64,000 nt of DNA from a bacterium (GTDB lineage: Bacteria > Patescibacteriota > Minisyncoccia > UBA6257 > Colwellbacteraceae), in assembly GCA_021787205.1 (NCBI GenBank), contig JAJYME010000007.1:74334-138333 (forward strand), in the 5' to 3' direction. A program made the translations under genes and the position numbers. The notes under the pieces are model-generated. The model was not told the origin of the DNA. It saw only the letters and a list, made by a program, of their open reading frames with translations, and ran no database searches. How positions within the stretch are numbered: position 1 is the first letter of the stretch; every line of letters starts with the position of its first letter. Positions 44,359 through 54,057 of this stretch are shown here, in pieces.

Positions 44359-44799
44359 TTAGCACTCAATCGTATGATTATCTTCGCCACCGTAGTAGAA
44401 GACTTTGACCGGCTCCAAGTTGTCACGATAGGTCCCGTCTTGCTCCAGGACCTTCTGCCTCCTGTGACGAGCCAGGACCGAAAGAAGTTCGATCTTGACG
44501 TCTTTGGCGGCGTTCGTGATGATGTTCCCCGCCATGACAAGAAGCGAAGCGAGCTCCACCGTGCCTATAGTCTTGCCGATGTCGTCTCTCAGGCCGAATT
44601 CGCCAATAGGCTTGTCGTCCTGAAAGAACAGGACGCTGCAAAGCGTCGGATCTGCCTGGTCGTCCACCCTGATTTGATAGATGCCTTTCAGCATATCAAC
44701 TCCTGCCAATTCCTCGGGCAAGGTTGACTGTATCCAAATCCTGGCGGCTTGCACTTTCGCATTGAAATCCTCGTCGTTAAGGATTAACTTGCCTTTCAT
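44359..44799 (-). CDS. hypothetical protein (last gene of a three-gene operon of unknowns)
   Basis: 146-aa cytoplasmic-looking ORF ending ...GGEDNHTIEC. Confidence 0.5.
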   Translation of the reverse strand: MKGKLILNDEDFNAKVQAARIWIQSTLPEELAGVDMLKGIYQIRVDDQADPTLCSVLFFQDDKPIGEFGLRDDIGKTIGTVELASLLVMAGNIITNAAKDVKIELLSVLARHRRQKVLEQDGTYRDNLEPVKVFYYGGEDNHTIEC

Positions 44800-44897
44800 T
44801 CAAACCACCCCTTCAGAAATAATTGAGTTGTGATAGGTTTCTGCCTTAGTAATACCCCAAAATAACAAGAAAAGCAACCCGCCAGGGTTGCTTTCTC

Positions 44898-46640
44898 TTA
44901 TTTAACGATAATATTTATTCTCGACTGGTCCTTAGGGACAAACCTGATAAAGAACGGCCAGAGCTCGCTTTTCACGTTCTCAGCGCCAGCAATCGAGGCA
45001 ATTGAGGCCCGAAAGGAGTTGTAATTCTCCCCGGCAATCCTCTGCCTGAAGTCATTAGCGTTGAACTCCCTGGTCCAAGAGCCCGAGACAACGACCGGGA
45101 TAGTCGCCTTATTGGCTGCCCAATCAACGGTCGGGGCGCTATAGGTGACTTTGACAGATTTGGGAGTCAGAGAAACTCCTTCCTTGTCGATGAAGGCATT
45201 GCTAGCCAGGGAAACGATGTCGCTTTCTCTGACCGCTAAGACTTTGGTCTCAATCGAGATCCCGTAGCTGAATTCGCCTTTGGCATCAGGATCAGCAGTG
45301 ACTCCCTCGCGAGAGACGACTGTTGTCTTACCTTCAGGAACAGCGGTGAAGCCGCTCGGCATATTCATTGCCACGTCTGAGCTTAGGGCTTCCTCGACAT
45401 TCTTATGGGACTCCTCTTTCGCTTTTTGAAGGTCAGCATCAGTAGCCACCTTCATAACACCCGAGAAGCCGCCAGAAACACCATCCTTGAAGACACCGTA
45501 GAAACCGTTATATTTGGCAGTTCCTTGGAATCCGGGGATTTTAAGCTTCTCTTCAGAAGGACCGAAATTATAAGATTCGCCAACAGCATCCGCCTCAGCC
45601 GTCGCTATAATCGATGAAGGATTGATTTGCCCTTCGGAGATCTTGGCTCCGGGGACAGTAATAGCGGAGGTTAGACGGTAAACCTTGCCGTCTGAGGTAG
45701 TGAACCTGGTGTTCTTAACTAAGAGTTGAGGGTCGGAACTGTAGGCGTTCCAAATAGTAATCTTGCCGCTAGATTTCTTATGGACTTCTTTTTCCCCGGT
45801 AGCAATAAACTTAAAGACACCGGATTTTGAGGTCTTGAATATTTGGATTGGAACTGAGGAATCGCCAATGCTGGAAATATTGGTAGCGCCCGAGACGTTT
45901 GCAGTCCACTCGTATGGCATTTCCTTAAGAGTCACTTCCACATTCGCTTTTGGCAGAACAAAGAAACTCAAGTAAGCGCCACCGGCCAGGATCAGAAAAA
46001 TTCCCAGAGTGATAGCTTTCCTAACGAGGGAAAATTTTTTTATCTCTCCAGTTTCTTCGTCCGTCTCGTAGGCTATCTCGCTGTAAGAGACGGCATTAGG
46101 CTCTGCCTGGTCGTCTTCTGGCTCAGCGCGCTTGGCTTCGCCGTTTTGGCTGCGATCGCCGAAGCCGTTCTTAAAAAAACTGTAATCGGAGATCTTGCGG
46201 CTGGCCAAGTATTCCCTTTCCGCCTCGACTGCTTCCTCCTTTTTCTCTTCAGCTTCAACCCCATTGGTGACATTCGTTTCCTCAATGCTTCGGCCATCGT
46301 GAAGCTTGTCTCCCCTCATGACATACATGTTCATTCCTCCGGATTTTTTGGAGGGCACGATGTCGGCGAACTTATTATTCTTTCTTCGGGAAAAAACCGC
46401 ATCGGTCACATCAAGCCCGGCAAAAGAAGCGGCGTCCAAGACGTCCTGGCTGACCGACTCTATGGTCACATTCTTTTTAAGAGCGGATGATTCTCTTTTT
46501 ATAAGCTTGAAACTTTTAGGATCATTCAAGAGGGCCGAATCCTTAGGGATGTAGATTATGACCTCGGTTTCGTGGGTAGACAAGAGCCTATCGATTACGC
46601 TCGGAGCAAGATCTGTTTTTTGAATGTATATTTTTTTCAT
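44898..46640 (-). CDS. hypothetical bitopic membrane protein with a large extracytoplasmic C-terminal region
   Basis: 580 aa; ~200-aa acidic cytoplasmic N-terminus, one TM (ITLGIFLILAGGAYLSFFVL), then ~350 aa Ser/Thr/Gly-rich beta-type sequence. Confidence 0.55.
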   Translation of the reverse strand: MKKIYIQKTDLAPSVIDRLLSTHETEVIIYIPKDSALLNDPKSFKLIKRESSALKKNVTIESVSQDVLDAASFAGLDVTDAVFSRRKNNKFADIVPSKKSGGMNMYVMRGDKLHDGRSIEETNVTNGVEAEEKKEEAVEAEREYLASRKISDYSFFKNGFGDRSQNGEAKRAEPEDDQAEPNAVSYSEIAYETDEETGEIKKFSLVRKAITLGIFLILAGGAYLSFFVLPKANVEVTLKEMPYEWTANVSGATNISSIGDSSVPIQIFKTSKSGVFKFIATGEKEVHKKSSGKITIWNAYSSDPQLLVKNTRFTTSDGKVYRLTSAITVPGAKISEGQINPSSIIATAEADAVGESYNFGPSEEKLKIPGFQGTAKYNGFYGVFKDGVSGGFSGVMKVATDADLQKAKEESHKNVEEALSSDVAMNMPSGFTAVPEGKTTVVSREGVTADPDAKGEFSYGISIETKVLAVRESDIVSLASNAFIDKEGVSLTPKSVKVTYSAPTVDWAANKATIPVVVSGSWTREFNANDFRQRIAGENYNSFRASIASIAGAENVKSELWPFFIRFVPKDQSRINIIVK

Positions 46641-46734
46641 GAAGATAAAAGGTGTTCTTAATTCCCAAATCTTTTGAAAGATTGTCGGGAATCCAAAGTA
46701 TTGCCAGTTTCCCGGCTGTGCGGGGATAGAATTG

Positions 46735-47706
46735 TTAATGATTGCTTGTAAGCCATTTCATCCTTCTCTTGGCAATGCGATTGAAGCAGTCGTCAATGGA
46801 AGACTTGCCGTACTCGTAATGGACTATCTCCTTGTCGGAGACAAAGGGCAGAAACTCGATCTTAAGAGGAAGGGTCCTGGGATAGGATATGGCGTCAGTT
46901 TCAAGATCGGTCAAATCCTCGCACATAACATAGACTAATGGCTTCTTTATTTTAACATTTAATGAAGTTGCCGTCATCTCTTTGAAGAAGTCCTCAAAAA
47001 GACCGGAGAGGCTCGGGCGGAAGAATTTTTTCAAATCCTGAGACATCTCCTCATTGGCATAATTAGAGACAATCCTTTTAGCCGTATCAGCTCCGACCTG
47101 CATAAAGGAGGCAACTCCCTCGAATACCCTGTCTGAGCCCCAGCCGATCTCCCCTAAGGGATATAAGCCATCCTTGTCATCGGCGTGATAGAGATAGGTC
47201 TTTTCCTTCGTGACATTGGCGAAGATGAATTCCTTGTTCTTAGAATCCCTCTTCATCGCCCAGGCGCAAGCAGAATTATTCTCAAGGGTAAACGAAACTT
47301 CCCCCTTCCTGGGAGTATGATTCTCGATATCCTCGGACAAATCCCTGGTGACCATTGTTTCCACAAGCCCCACTTCAATAGTTCTCGACTTGAAGCCGAT
47401 CGGGTTTTGGACCGCGGCCCCGTCAAGCTTGATGTATAAAACGCGGACATCGGTCAGGACGACATCAAGCTCTGAGATGTTGTGTTTGGCGGCGAATTTT
47501 TTTCTTTCATCGTCAAACATCTTCCAGATAGCGCTGGTAATGGCGCTTTCGATTTCCGCTTCGGTTATTTCTTCGTTTTGCTTGTCACGCGATGAGACGC
47601 GGGATGAATAAACAGCAGTCCCGTAAACGGGGTCAATGGATAATGCGTATTTTTTTTCCTCTTCAATCGGAATATATCGGAAAGACATATAAACATTATA
47701 GAACAA
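46735..47706 (-). CDS. hypothetical protein
   Basis: 323 aa. The N-terminal YALSIDPVYGTAVYSS loosely resembles an actin-like ATPase phosphate-1 loop, but not convincingly. Confidence 0.5.
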   Translation of the reverse strand: MFYNVYMSFRYIPIEEEKKYALSIDPVYGTAVYSSRVSSRDKQNEEITEAEIESAITSAIWKMFDDERKKFAAKHNISELDVVLTDVRVLYIKLDGAAVQNPIGFKSRTIEVGLVETMVTRDLSEDIENHTPRKGEVSFTLENNSACAWAMKRDSKNKEFIFANVTKEKTYLYHADDKDGLYPLGEIGWGSDRVFEGVASFMQVGADTAKRIVSNYANEEMSQDLKKFFRPSLSGLFEDFFKEMTATSLNVKIKKPLVYVMCEDLTDLETDAISYPRTLPLKIEFLPFVSDKEIVHYEYGKSSIDDCFNRIAKRRMKWLTSNH

Positions 47707-47713
47707 AGAAAAA

Positions 47714-47737
47714 ACACCGCAAAATCTTGCGGTGTTT
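47714..47737. terminator. bidirectional hairpin terminator
   Basis: ACACCGCAA-AATC-TTGCGGTGT stem between an A-run and a T-run. Confidence 0.55.
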
Positions 47738-47749
47738 TTTTATAAAAAA

Positions 47750-47866
47750 AATTACGTCTTCTCGCTTTCCTCGAACCTCCAGCGGGTTCTCAGGCATATT
47801 GCGATTTGCGACATTTCATGTCGACCAAGCCAAATCGCAACATATGCCGCTCTGAAGACGTAAATT
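47750..47866. repeat. 117-nt nested palindrome with 12-bp terminal inverted repeats between the alaS stop and its terminator
   Basis: Outer AATTACGTCTTC / GAAGACGTAAATT. Inner GGCATATTGCGATTTG / CAAATCGCAACATATGCC. Central CGACA-TTTCA-TGTCG, plus a GAACC..GGTTC hairpin in the left arm. Confidence 0.5.
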
Positions 47867-47871
47867 ATCTT

Positions 47872-49737
47872 TTATTTCTCCAAAACGGCTTTGATGCGCC
47901 TGATCCCGGATGAGGAGGCCTCCTCTTTAACAATCTTAAAGCGACCCAGCTCAGAAGTGTTCGATACGTGAGGGCCGGAACAGATTTCGTAAGAAGCGAC
48001 GGTGTCACCTTCTCCCATCTTATAAACCTTCACCTTCTCTCCATAACGAGATTCGAAAACACCCATCGCCCCCTTTTCTTTGGCTTCAGGGACGGTCATC
48101 TCTTCGAAAGAAACAGGCAGTGACTCCGCAATCCAACCATTCACCATGTCCTCAACCTGTTTCAATTGCTCCGAAGTTAACTTCTCCGGGTTATTGAAAT
48201 CAAGTCTGGCCCTCTCAGGCGTGATATTGGAGCCTTTCTGAGTCACGTGGTCTCCGAGAACTTTCCTTAAAGCGGCCAACATAAGATGAGTGGCGGTATG
48301 AAGCCTAGTAGTCTCCTCCGAGACATCGCCTAAACCGCTCTTAAACATTCCGGCGGACAGGGAGCGCGAAAGATCCTGGTGCTTCTTGTACTCTTCGTCG
48401 AATTCGGCGCGAATAAAAGAGATTCCTTTTTCAATAACCAGCTCCTCAGTCATCTCGACGGGGAAACCGTAGCTCTGATAAAGGTTGAAGGCATCGACTC
48501 CGGACAACTTACCATCAGCGGAGAACTCCTCAAATTTTTGCAGCCCCTTCTCCAAAGAGATAGCAAACTTCTCCTCTTCCTTTTTAAGCTCGGAGGAAAC
48601 GAATTCCCTATTTCGAACAAGCTCCGGATAAACATCGCCGTAAATGTCGATAACTATCTCAGCCAGCTCATTCAACCAGATCCCCTCGATACCAAGATTC
48701 CTGCCGAACCTGGCGGCGCGACGGATGAGACGGCGGACAAAATAATTCTGCCCGATGTTGCCGGGGGCAACACCCTTATCATCGCCCACGATAAAAGTCG
48801 CCGCCTTGATATGATCAGAGATAATCTCAAACTCCTTTGGATGTTGATAATAAGTCTTATGAGAAAGCTCTCCGATCTTCCTTATCAACGGTTGGAAGAG
48901 ATCTGACTCAAAAATATTATTGTAGTCGTTGGCCGCCAAGATGATCCTTTCCAAGCCGCCGCCAAAATCAACATTCTTGTTTTTCATCTCTTTCCAGCCA
49001 TCTTCGGTTTTCACATATTGCATAAAAACGGAGTTGCCGATTTCCAAGAATCTGCCGCAATCACAATTCAAATGGCAATGCTCGCCGAATTTTTTATCGT
49101 GGGAACGCCCGGTGTCATAAAAAGTCTCCGAATCCGGACCTCCAGGCTCTCCGGTCTTGTCAGATCCCCTGTCCCACCAATTCTTGTCCCTGTAGGCCAT
49201 GATGCGAACCTTGTCAAAATCGACGGGAACGCCAGGACCGAAATCACCCTTACCGGTCGTATCCGGTCCGACTCCGGCGGCGATGCCATATTGGCCGAAT
49301 ATTTCCTGAAGGATTCTGATCGATTCCTCATCCTTAGGGATACCTTTCTCCTCATCACCGACATAAACCGTCTGATAAAGACGTTTGGGGTCGATTTCCA
49401 ACTCCTCAATCAAAAACTGATACCACCACTTCAATTGCTCATTTTTGAAATAATCGCCCAATGACCAGTTGCCAAGCATCTCAAAAAAGGTGTTATGCCT
49501 GTGATCGCCGACTTCCTCAATGTCTCCGGAACGGAAACATTTCTGCGAATCGACGAGACGGTTTCCTTCAGGGTGGGATTCGCCCAAAAGATAGGGAACC
49601 AAGGGAAACATGCCGCTGTTGGTGAACAGAAGCGTTGAGTCCCCTTCCGGGATAAGCGAAGCGGAAGCGATTACTTTATGGTTTCTCTTTGCAAAAAAAT
49701 CGAGATAACGTTGACGAATTTCCTTTGAGCTTAACAT
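47872..49737 (-). CDS. alaS: alanine--tRNA ligase, short form lacking the C-Ala domain
   Basis: FTNSGM class II motif, editing-domain HxxxH (HTATHLM) and CSGPHV motif; 621 aa against ~870 in E. coli. Confidence 0.9.
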   Translation of the reverse strand: MLSSKEIRQRYLDFFAKRNHKVIASASLIPEGDSTLLFTNSGMFPLVPYLLGESHPEGNRLVDSQKCFRSGDIEEVGDHRHNTFFEMLGNWSLGDYFKNEQLKWWYQFLIEELEIDPKRLYQTVYVGDEEKGIPKDEESIRILQEIFGQYGIAAGVGPDTTGKGDFGPGVPVDFDKVRIMAYRDKNWWDRGSDKTGEPGGPDSETFYDTGRSHDKKFGEHCHLNCDCGRFLEIGNSVFMQYVKTEDGWKEMKNKNVDFGGGLERIILAANDYNNIFESDLFQPLIRKIGELSHKTYYQHPKEFEIISDHIKAATFIVGDDKGVAPGNIGQNYFVRRLIRRAARFGRNLGIEGIWLNELAEIVIDIYGDVYPELVRNREFVSSELKKEEEKFAISLEKGLQKFEEFSADGKLSGVDAFNLYQSYGFPVEMTEELVIEKGISFIRAEFDEEYKKHQDLSRSLSAGMFKSGLGDVSEETTRLHTATHLMLAALRKVLGDHVTQKGSNITPERARLDFNNPEKLTSEQLKQVEDMVNGWIAESLPVSFEEMTVPEAKEKGAMGVFESRYGEKVKVYKMGEGDTVASYEICSGPHVSNTSELGRFKIVKEEASSSGIRRIKAVLEK

Positions 49738-49808
49738 TGGTTTTAACTGAGATTATACGCAAAAAGCCGGGATTTGTCATCCCGACTTCGAATCTTATCA
49801 ATTTGGTC

Positions 49809-51506
49809 TTAATTGCGGACAACCCCATCACCGGATCTCACCGTCGGATCGTCTTTAAGCTCGGTGCTGATTTCGCCGAAGTAATTGTTGTACTGCCTCA
49901 GGGTATAAGTATCGTCAGCGGTGATATCCGACTCCGTAATAACGGAACCGTATCCGCCCATATCGGCCGGACTCGGCAGATAGGAAAGCTGAATGACGGC
50001 TTGAGGATCGTCCTTAATCACTCCAGCGCCGGCAGGCAATTTCCCGATGGTCCAGATGAGATATCCATCAGACTCAGAGATCGTGCCAATATTCGTCCTA
50101 TTCTGACCGGTAGCTCTGACCCCTGGAGAGAGCTTTGATCTGACGACGACATTTTCCATGTCGGCGCCGACAGTCGCCAGGTTCATTCTTAAGACATACT
50201 CAGTCGCTTGCCCCACCCTTGGGGGAAACGGGCCGGAATTAAGGATGCCGGAAGCGGCATCGCGGTAAAACAACTTTTGGGTAAGATTGGCTTCTCCGGC
50301 AACTTTATTCTCAAGGCTCAGGACGTTGATGACGGTCTGGCCGTTCATATCCCCCTCGACTGACGCCTTGATCTTCACCGAATAATTCTTATCACTATAG
50401 TTTCTCATCGCAAATGCCTCCTTGGCGTTAACGTAAAAGGAAATAACCGTCTTATCACCCGGTTTCAAAGAAGCCAGCCTGGGCAGAACACTTTGGTCCC
50501 AGGTTATCTTATTCCCCGAAACTCTCATCCCCTCTTTTGAGGAGATTGTCGTGACGTCGATCATCTTGGAATCAAGCTCGGCAGCCAGGACGACGTTTTT
50601 AATCTCATTGGAGCTGAGGTTGCTAAGACCGATGTCGTATTTAAGTTCCGCGCCGGAAACGACCGTAATCCCGCTCGGGCTGTCATTCAAGGAAATGCTC
50701 ATCCCTAAGCTGGACTTGTCGCCCTTGATGGAAAAATCTTTCTCCGCCAGGACGGTTTTCTGGCCATCGGTCCCGTTAACCTTAACAACCCGAATGACAA
50801 TCTTTTCCTCCTTGCCTTCTTCCAAGGTGGCTAATCCCGAGAAGGTCCTCTTCTTTTCCGAATTGACGGGAAGACTCAAGCTCTCGCCGGAATTGAAGTT
50901 GGTAGAGATGCTATCGGGGATATCAGCCTCCAAGACGACGTTCCATTCCCTATCCGATTTGTTTCTTAGGTCAACGCTCCAATCGAATCTATCCCCTCCC
51001 TTAACGGCTTCCGGCGCCGTAATCGAGATGTCGACAGGAGTGTCGACAAGGATTTCTTTGGTTGCCGTCAAACGCAGTTTCTGCCCCAAATTCTTGGGAG
51101 TATAAAGAGCAACCGCGTGTAAGACGCGATCGAGGTTCTTATCCTTAACGATGATTGAAAAATCCTCTTTTACCGTCTCTCCGACGTCCACCACGGACAT
51201 TTCCCTCAAGGCCCTCAGTTGGTCTTCGTTCGATTCAAAAACAACCCCAGTCGGCAAGACTAACTCAATCGATGAATTCTCCAAAGGAGTCTTTGAGTTA
51301 TTCTGAAGGGTGACGGAAATCACAGTCGGCACCCCGACGACGACGGACTTCGGCAAATCGAAATCAAGTTGGACCCCATCCCCTCTAAAAAATGAAATGA
51401 ATAAGAACAAACCGATGGCGGACAAGATAAGTCCTCCAACTAAAAGGATTCCCCACTGCGTTTTTCTCGGACGCTCCTTAAACTTCTTGATAGACAAGAC
51501 TGGCAT
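49809..51506 (-). CDS. N-terminally anchored cell-surface protein with repeated Ig-like (DUF11/CARDB-like) domains, hypothetical
   Basis: TM anchor WGILLVGGLILSAIGLFLFISFF followed by ~100-aa beta-rich repeats. The annotated start overlaps recO by 67 nt, so the true start may be downstream. Confidence 0.55.
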   Translation of the reverse strand: MPVLSIKKFKERPRKTQWGILLVGGLILSAIGLFLFISFFRGDGVQLDFDLPKSVVVGVPTVISVTLQNNSKTPLENSSIELVLPTGVVFESNEDQLRALREMSVVDVGETVKEDFSIIVKDKNLDRVLHAVALYTPKNLGQKLRLTATKEILVDTPVDISITAPEAVKGGDRFDWSVDLRNKSDREWNVVLEADIPDSISTNFNSGESLSLPVNSEKKRTFSGLATLEEGKEEKIVIRVVKVNGTDGQKTVLAEKDFSIKGDKSSLGMSISLNDSPSGITVVSGAELKYDIGLSNLSSNEIKNVVLAAELDSKMIDVTTISSKEGMRVSGNKITWDQSVLPRLASLKPGDKTVISFYVNAKEAFAMRNYSDKNYSVKIKASVEGDMNGQTVINVLSLENKVAGEANLTQKLFYRDAASGILNSGPFPPRVGQATEYVLRMNLATVGADMENVVVRSKLSPGVRATGQNRTNIGTISESDGYLIWTIGKLPAGAGVIKDDPQAVIQLSYLPSPADMGGYGSVITESDITADDTYTLRQYNNYFGEISTELKDDPTVRSGDGVVRN

Positions 51507-51973
51507 AAGAAAATTATATTACTTTTCGAGAAATAAACAATTTTTTCACTGCCGCAAATTCCACACTTGGCATACTTAGGATCATATCCCGCCAAGGACA
51601 GGATGAGATTGGAATCGTTTCTTCCGGAAAGAAGATTATTCACGACACCGTCAAAAAAGATCTCGTCCGGGAACTCAAAAGGAATGATCGAGTTTATAAG
51701 ATCAAGGGTCCTCATGTATTCAGGGCCGGAGACCTTATCAACAAGAAGGGCCTCCGCGAGACGAAGATTCGAATCGTGCGTCTTCCTAACCAAGCGCAGA
51801 GACGAGAAAGAGCCGGGCTCCAGATGTCCCGCCAATTTGGAAGTGATCTTCCCGGCGCTGCCAGCCTTAGCCTTTACCTTGCCGAATTCCGCAGTCAGGA
51901 TGACATACGAATAATCAACCTCGTTGACGACGGTCTTATCCAAAACCAAACCTTTTATCTGATACTCGATCAT
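51440..51973 (-). CDS. recO: DNA repair protein RecO, compact form
   Basis: N-terminal OB fold and a C-terminal four-Cys zinc motif CGICGS...CQSC; 177 aa. Confidence 0.7.
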   Translation of the reverse strand: MIEYQIKGLVLDKTVVNEVDYSYVILTAEFGKVKAKAGSAGKITSKLAGHLEPGSFSSLRLVRKTHDSNLRLAEALLVDKVSGPEYMRTLDLINSIIPFEFPDEIFFDGVVNNLLSGRNDSNLILSLAGYDPKYAKCGICGSEKIVYFSKSNIIFLCQSCLSRSLRSVREKRSGESF

Positions 51974-52002
51974 TGAATATGAAGATTATAACAAAAATCC
52001 CG

Positions 52003-52036
52003 CAAAGAGAGATATCTCTCCTTGCGGGATTTGTCC
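52003..52036 (-). terminator. long ATCCCGC-stem hairpin (15 bp) acting as terminator of the 3D-domain gene, followed by an extended -10 for recO
   Basis: ATCCCGCAAAGAGAG-ATA-TCTCTCCTTGCGGGAT, then TTTTGTTATAATC on the minus strand (TGTTATAAT about 17 nt upstream of the recO ATG). Confidence 0.5.
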
Positions 52037-52076
52037 GGATATAAACTGATTTCTTTTTGTTTTGGTTTTTTGCCTT

Positions 52077-52559
52077 TTAGAGGACTTCGATTCGGGCTTT
52101 TCTTAAACCGAACTTTATTGCTTCTTCTCTCGTTTGGAACCAGATATCCAACTTCCTATCGTTTTTAGGAGCCATCCTGTCTTCTACGGTGAAGACGGAA
52201 TTTCCCTGATAGTTTATAGGATTACCTGTCGTTAAGTCCACGATGCGGACTTTAGTTCCTAGCGGAAGCCAGTTTGCGGCGACAATGCCCGGTCTTACAT
52301 TTTTACCGGACGCCGTTATAAACGGTGTATCGTCTGTCTGCCCCTCTTCTGAGGAGTAGGCCGTAATTACTGTTTCCACCGACCTTGAGGAAGAAAACTC
52401 GTTCTTGGCAAGAAGCGAATCGTCCCCAGGAACAAGATATGGATGACTCTGAACCATCGGAGCGGGCGAAGTTACTTGATTATCTGAAATAGTTCCGGAA
52501 GTAATCAAGCTCGCCGCCATAGCCGTTCCCAAAGCGAGAAACTTACTCATTTGCGGCAA
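52077..52559 (-). CDS. 3D-domain (MltA/YuiC-like, double-psi beta-barrel) cell-wall protein
   Basis: Signal peptide, then TASG...GIVAANWLPLGTKVRI...DRMAPKNDRKLDIWF matching the 3D-domain pattern. Confidence 0.65.
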   Translation of the reverse strand: MPQMSKFLALGTAMAASLITSGTISDNQVTSPAPMVQSHPYLVPGDDSLLAKNEFSSSRSVETVITAYSSEEGQTDDTPFITASGKNVRPGIVAANWLPLGTKVRIVDLTTGNPINYQGNSVFTVEDRMAPKNDRKLDIWFQTREEAIKFGLRKARIEVL

Positions 52560-52658
52560 TAAAAAATTCCCTTTATAGGGGACTCTTTTACTGCTTGCCT
52601 AAAGTATAGCACAAACCAGACCACGGGTCAATACTTTTGTCAAAAAACCGCATAAAAC

Positions 52659-52994
52659 CTAGGCTTTTTGACCGTCTCCGGTCCCTTTTGGCGGCTCCTT
52701 AGGCAGACCCCACTGCCAACGAGGCTTCTCTCCTGTCTTGTGGGCGATAATAATGAGAAGAGCGGTAAGCGCAGCAATCGGCAAAGCGAATGTTAGAAAA
52801 TTGCTTCCCGAATCAGGATTTCCAGGGATATTTTTTTCTCTGGTAAGCGCGATGCCCAGGACAAGCAGGATATAAAGGGAGACAACAAACCAGCCCTGCC
52901 ATCTTACCGGAGTCCAACCCCAGCCATAGGCTTTCGCCTTGAACCAATAACCCTTCGGGTTGTCTTTGAGATAAGAAACATATCTGCTGAACAT
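52659..52994 (-). CDS. small membrane protein, hypothetical
   Basis: 111 aa with two predicted TM helices and a Trp-rich N-terminus. Confidence 0.4.
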   Translation of the reverse strand: MFSRYVSYLKDNPKGYWFKAKAYGWGWTPVRWQGWFVVSLYILLVLGIALTREKNIPGNPDSGSNFLTFALPIAALTALLIIIAHKTGEKPRWQWGLPKEPPKGTGDGQKA

Positions 52995-53041
52995 ACTTTC
53001 ATTATACTAAAGTCCTGGAGAAAAATCTTTGTCGCAAGGAT

Positions 53042-53326
53042 CTAGAGGAACGCTTTCAAGAGGAAGCCGACCAGGATTGCCTGAACCACCAAGATTCCAA
53101 AGAACCAAGCCAGGAAACTGCTTTTTCTGGTTTTATGACGGAACATTCTCATGGCAAGGATCGCCCCGACTGAGCCCCCAAAAAGAGCCAGCCCAAGGAG
53201 AGTCCTTTCCCGGACCCGGCGGACATCGGTGCCGGCGGCCGCCTTGTCAAAACCATAAACAAGCAAGGTAAAGACGTTGATTGCGATAAGATATATGAAA
53301 ATTATTTCCCATGATATATTTCCCAT
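53042..53326 (-). CDS. DUF1294-family small membrane protein
   Basis: FDK..A......RVRERTLL.LALFGGS.GA...MR.FRHKTRK..F pattern typical of DUF1294. Confidence 0.55.
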   Translation of the reverse strand: MGNISWEIIFIYLIAINVFTLLVYGFDKAAAGTDVRRVRERTLLGLALFGGSVGAILAMRMFRHKTRKSSFLAWFFGILVVQAILVGFLLKAFL

Positions 53327-53394
53327 TGTGTATATAACTATCTATTTAATAACATCAAGATTCACTATATTAATAAATAATCCCCTTTCGGGGA

Positions 53395-53628
53395 TTATTT
53401 ATCTAGCCATTCTTCTTTAGGAATCCCCGATTGTATAATTATTGATCTTAAGGTTTTCGGATTAATCACATCCCCTTTATGAAATGGTATCGTGACGATT
53501 CTTTCCTGCCCGTTGTAAAAACAAGAATAGTACATATGGCTGCCTCTCATATGAGTATTTGAAAACCCATATTTTTTGAGAAATCTCATAACATCCTCAG
53601 CTCTCCAATTTAACAATCCTCTTACCAT
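53395..53628 (-). CDS. hicA: HicA-family mRNA interferase toxin
   Basis: FLKKYGFSNTHMRGSHMYY...VTIPFHKGDVINPKTLRSIIIQSGI matches the HicA/YcfA consensus (RGSH, VP.H, L..IlkqaG). Confidence 0.7.
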   Translation of the reverse strand: MVRGLLNWRAEDVMRFLKKYGFSNTHMRGSHMYYSCFYNGQERIVTIPFHKGDVINPKTLRSIIIQSGIPKEEWLDK

Positions 53629-53630
53629 AT

Positions 53631-53960
53631 TTATGCGGTTACGAGTCTTTTATTCATATTAAGTTCGCCAAATGTAAATATTCTATTTTTGTTTTTTTCA
53701 GTTTCACGCTCCTCCCACATTATCGTATACTCCTTATCGGGAACCTGATTTAGAACATCTGGTCTCGCTTTTACTTTAATAGCGGTCTCAACATATCCTT
53801 TCAATGCCTCAAAGAGAAGCATCATTGCTTCTTGAGGAGTTGACCCCGTCTCAACAATATTAAACTCCAATCCTACAGCAAACCAATCATTGCCCTCTTT
53901 AAAAACAATATATCTCACCGAACCCTTTTGAAGAGTATTTTTATATCGCTTTATTGCCAT
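53631..53960 (-). CDS. hicB: HicB-family antitoxin (UPF0150 / RNase H-like N-domain)
   Basis: 109 aa immediately upstream of hicA with a 3-bp gap. YIVFKEGNDWFAVGLEFNIVETGSTPQEAMMLLFEAL fits the HicB N-domain pattern. Confidence 0.6.
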   Translation of the reverse strand: MAIKRYKNTLQKGSVRYIVFKEGNDWFAVGLEFNIVETGSTPQEAMMLLFEALKGYVETAIKVKARPDVLNQVPDKEYTIMWEERETEKNKNRIFTFGELNMNKRLVTA

Positions 53961-54036
53961 TAATTAAATTATATGAAAGTTTTACTATCTTTACAAACAC
54001 GTATTTTATGTATCAAATTCACCTACAAAACATCCC

Positions 54037-54056
54037 CTTCGCAGGGGATATTTTTT
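54037..54056. terminator. bidirectional hairpin terminator downstream of tRNA-Leu
   Basis: ATCCCC-TTCGCA-GGGGAT stem with an A-run on one side and a T-run on the other. Confidence 0.55.
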
Positions 54057-54057
54057 G

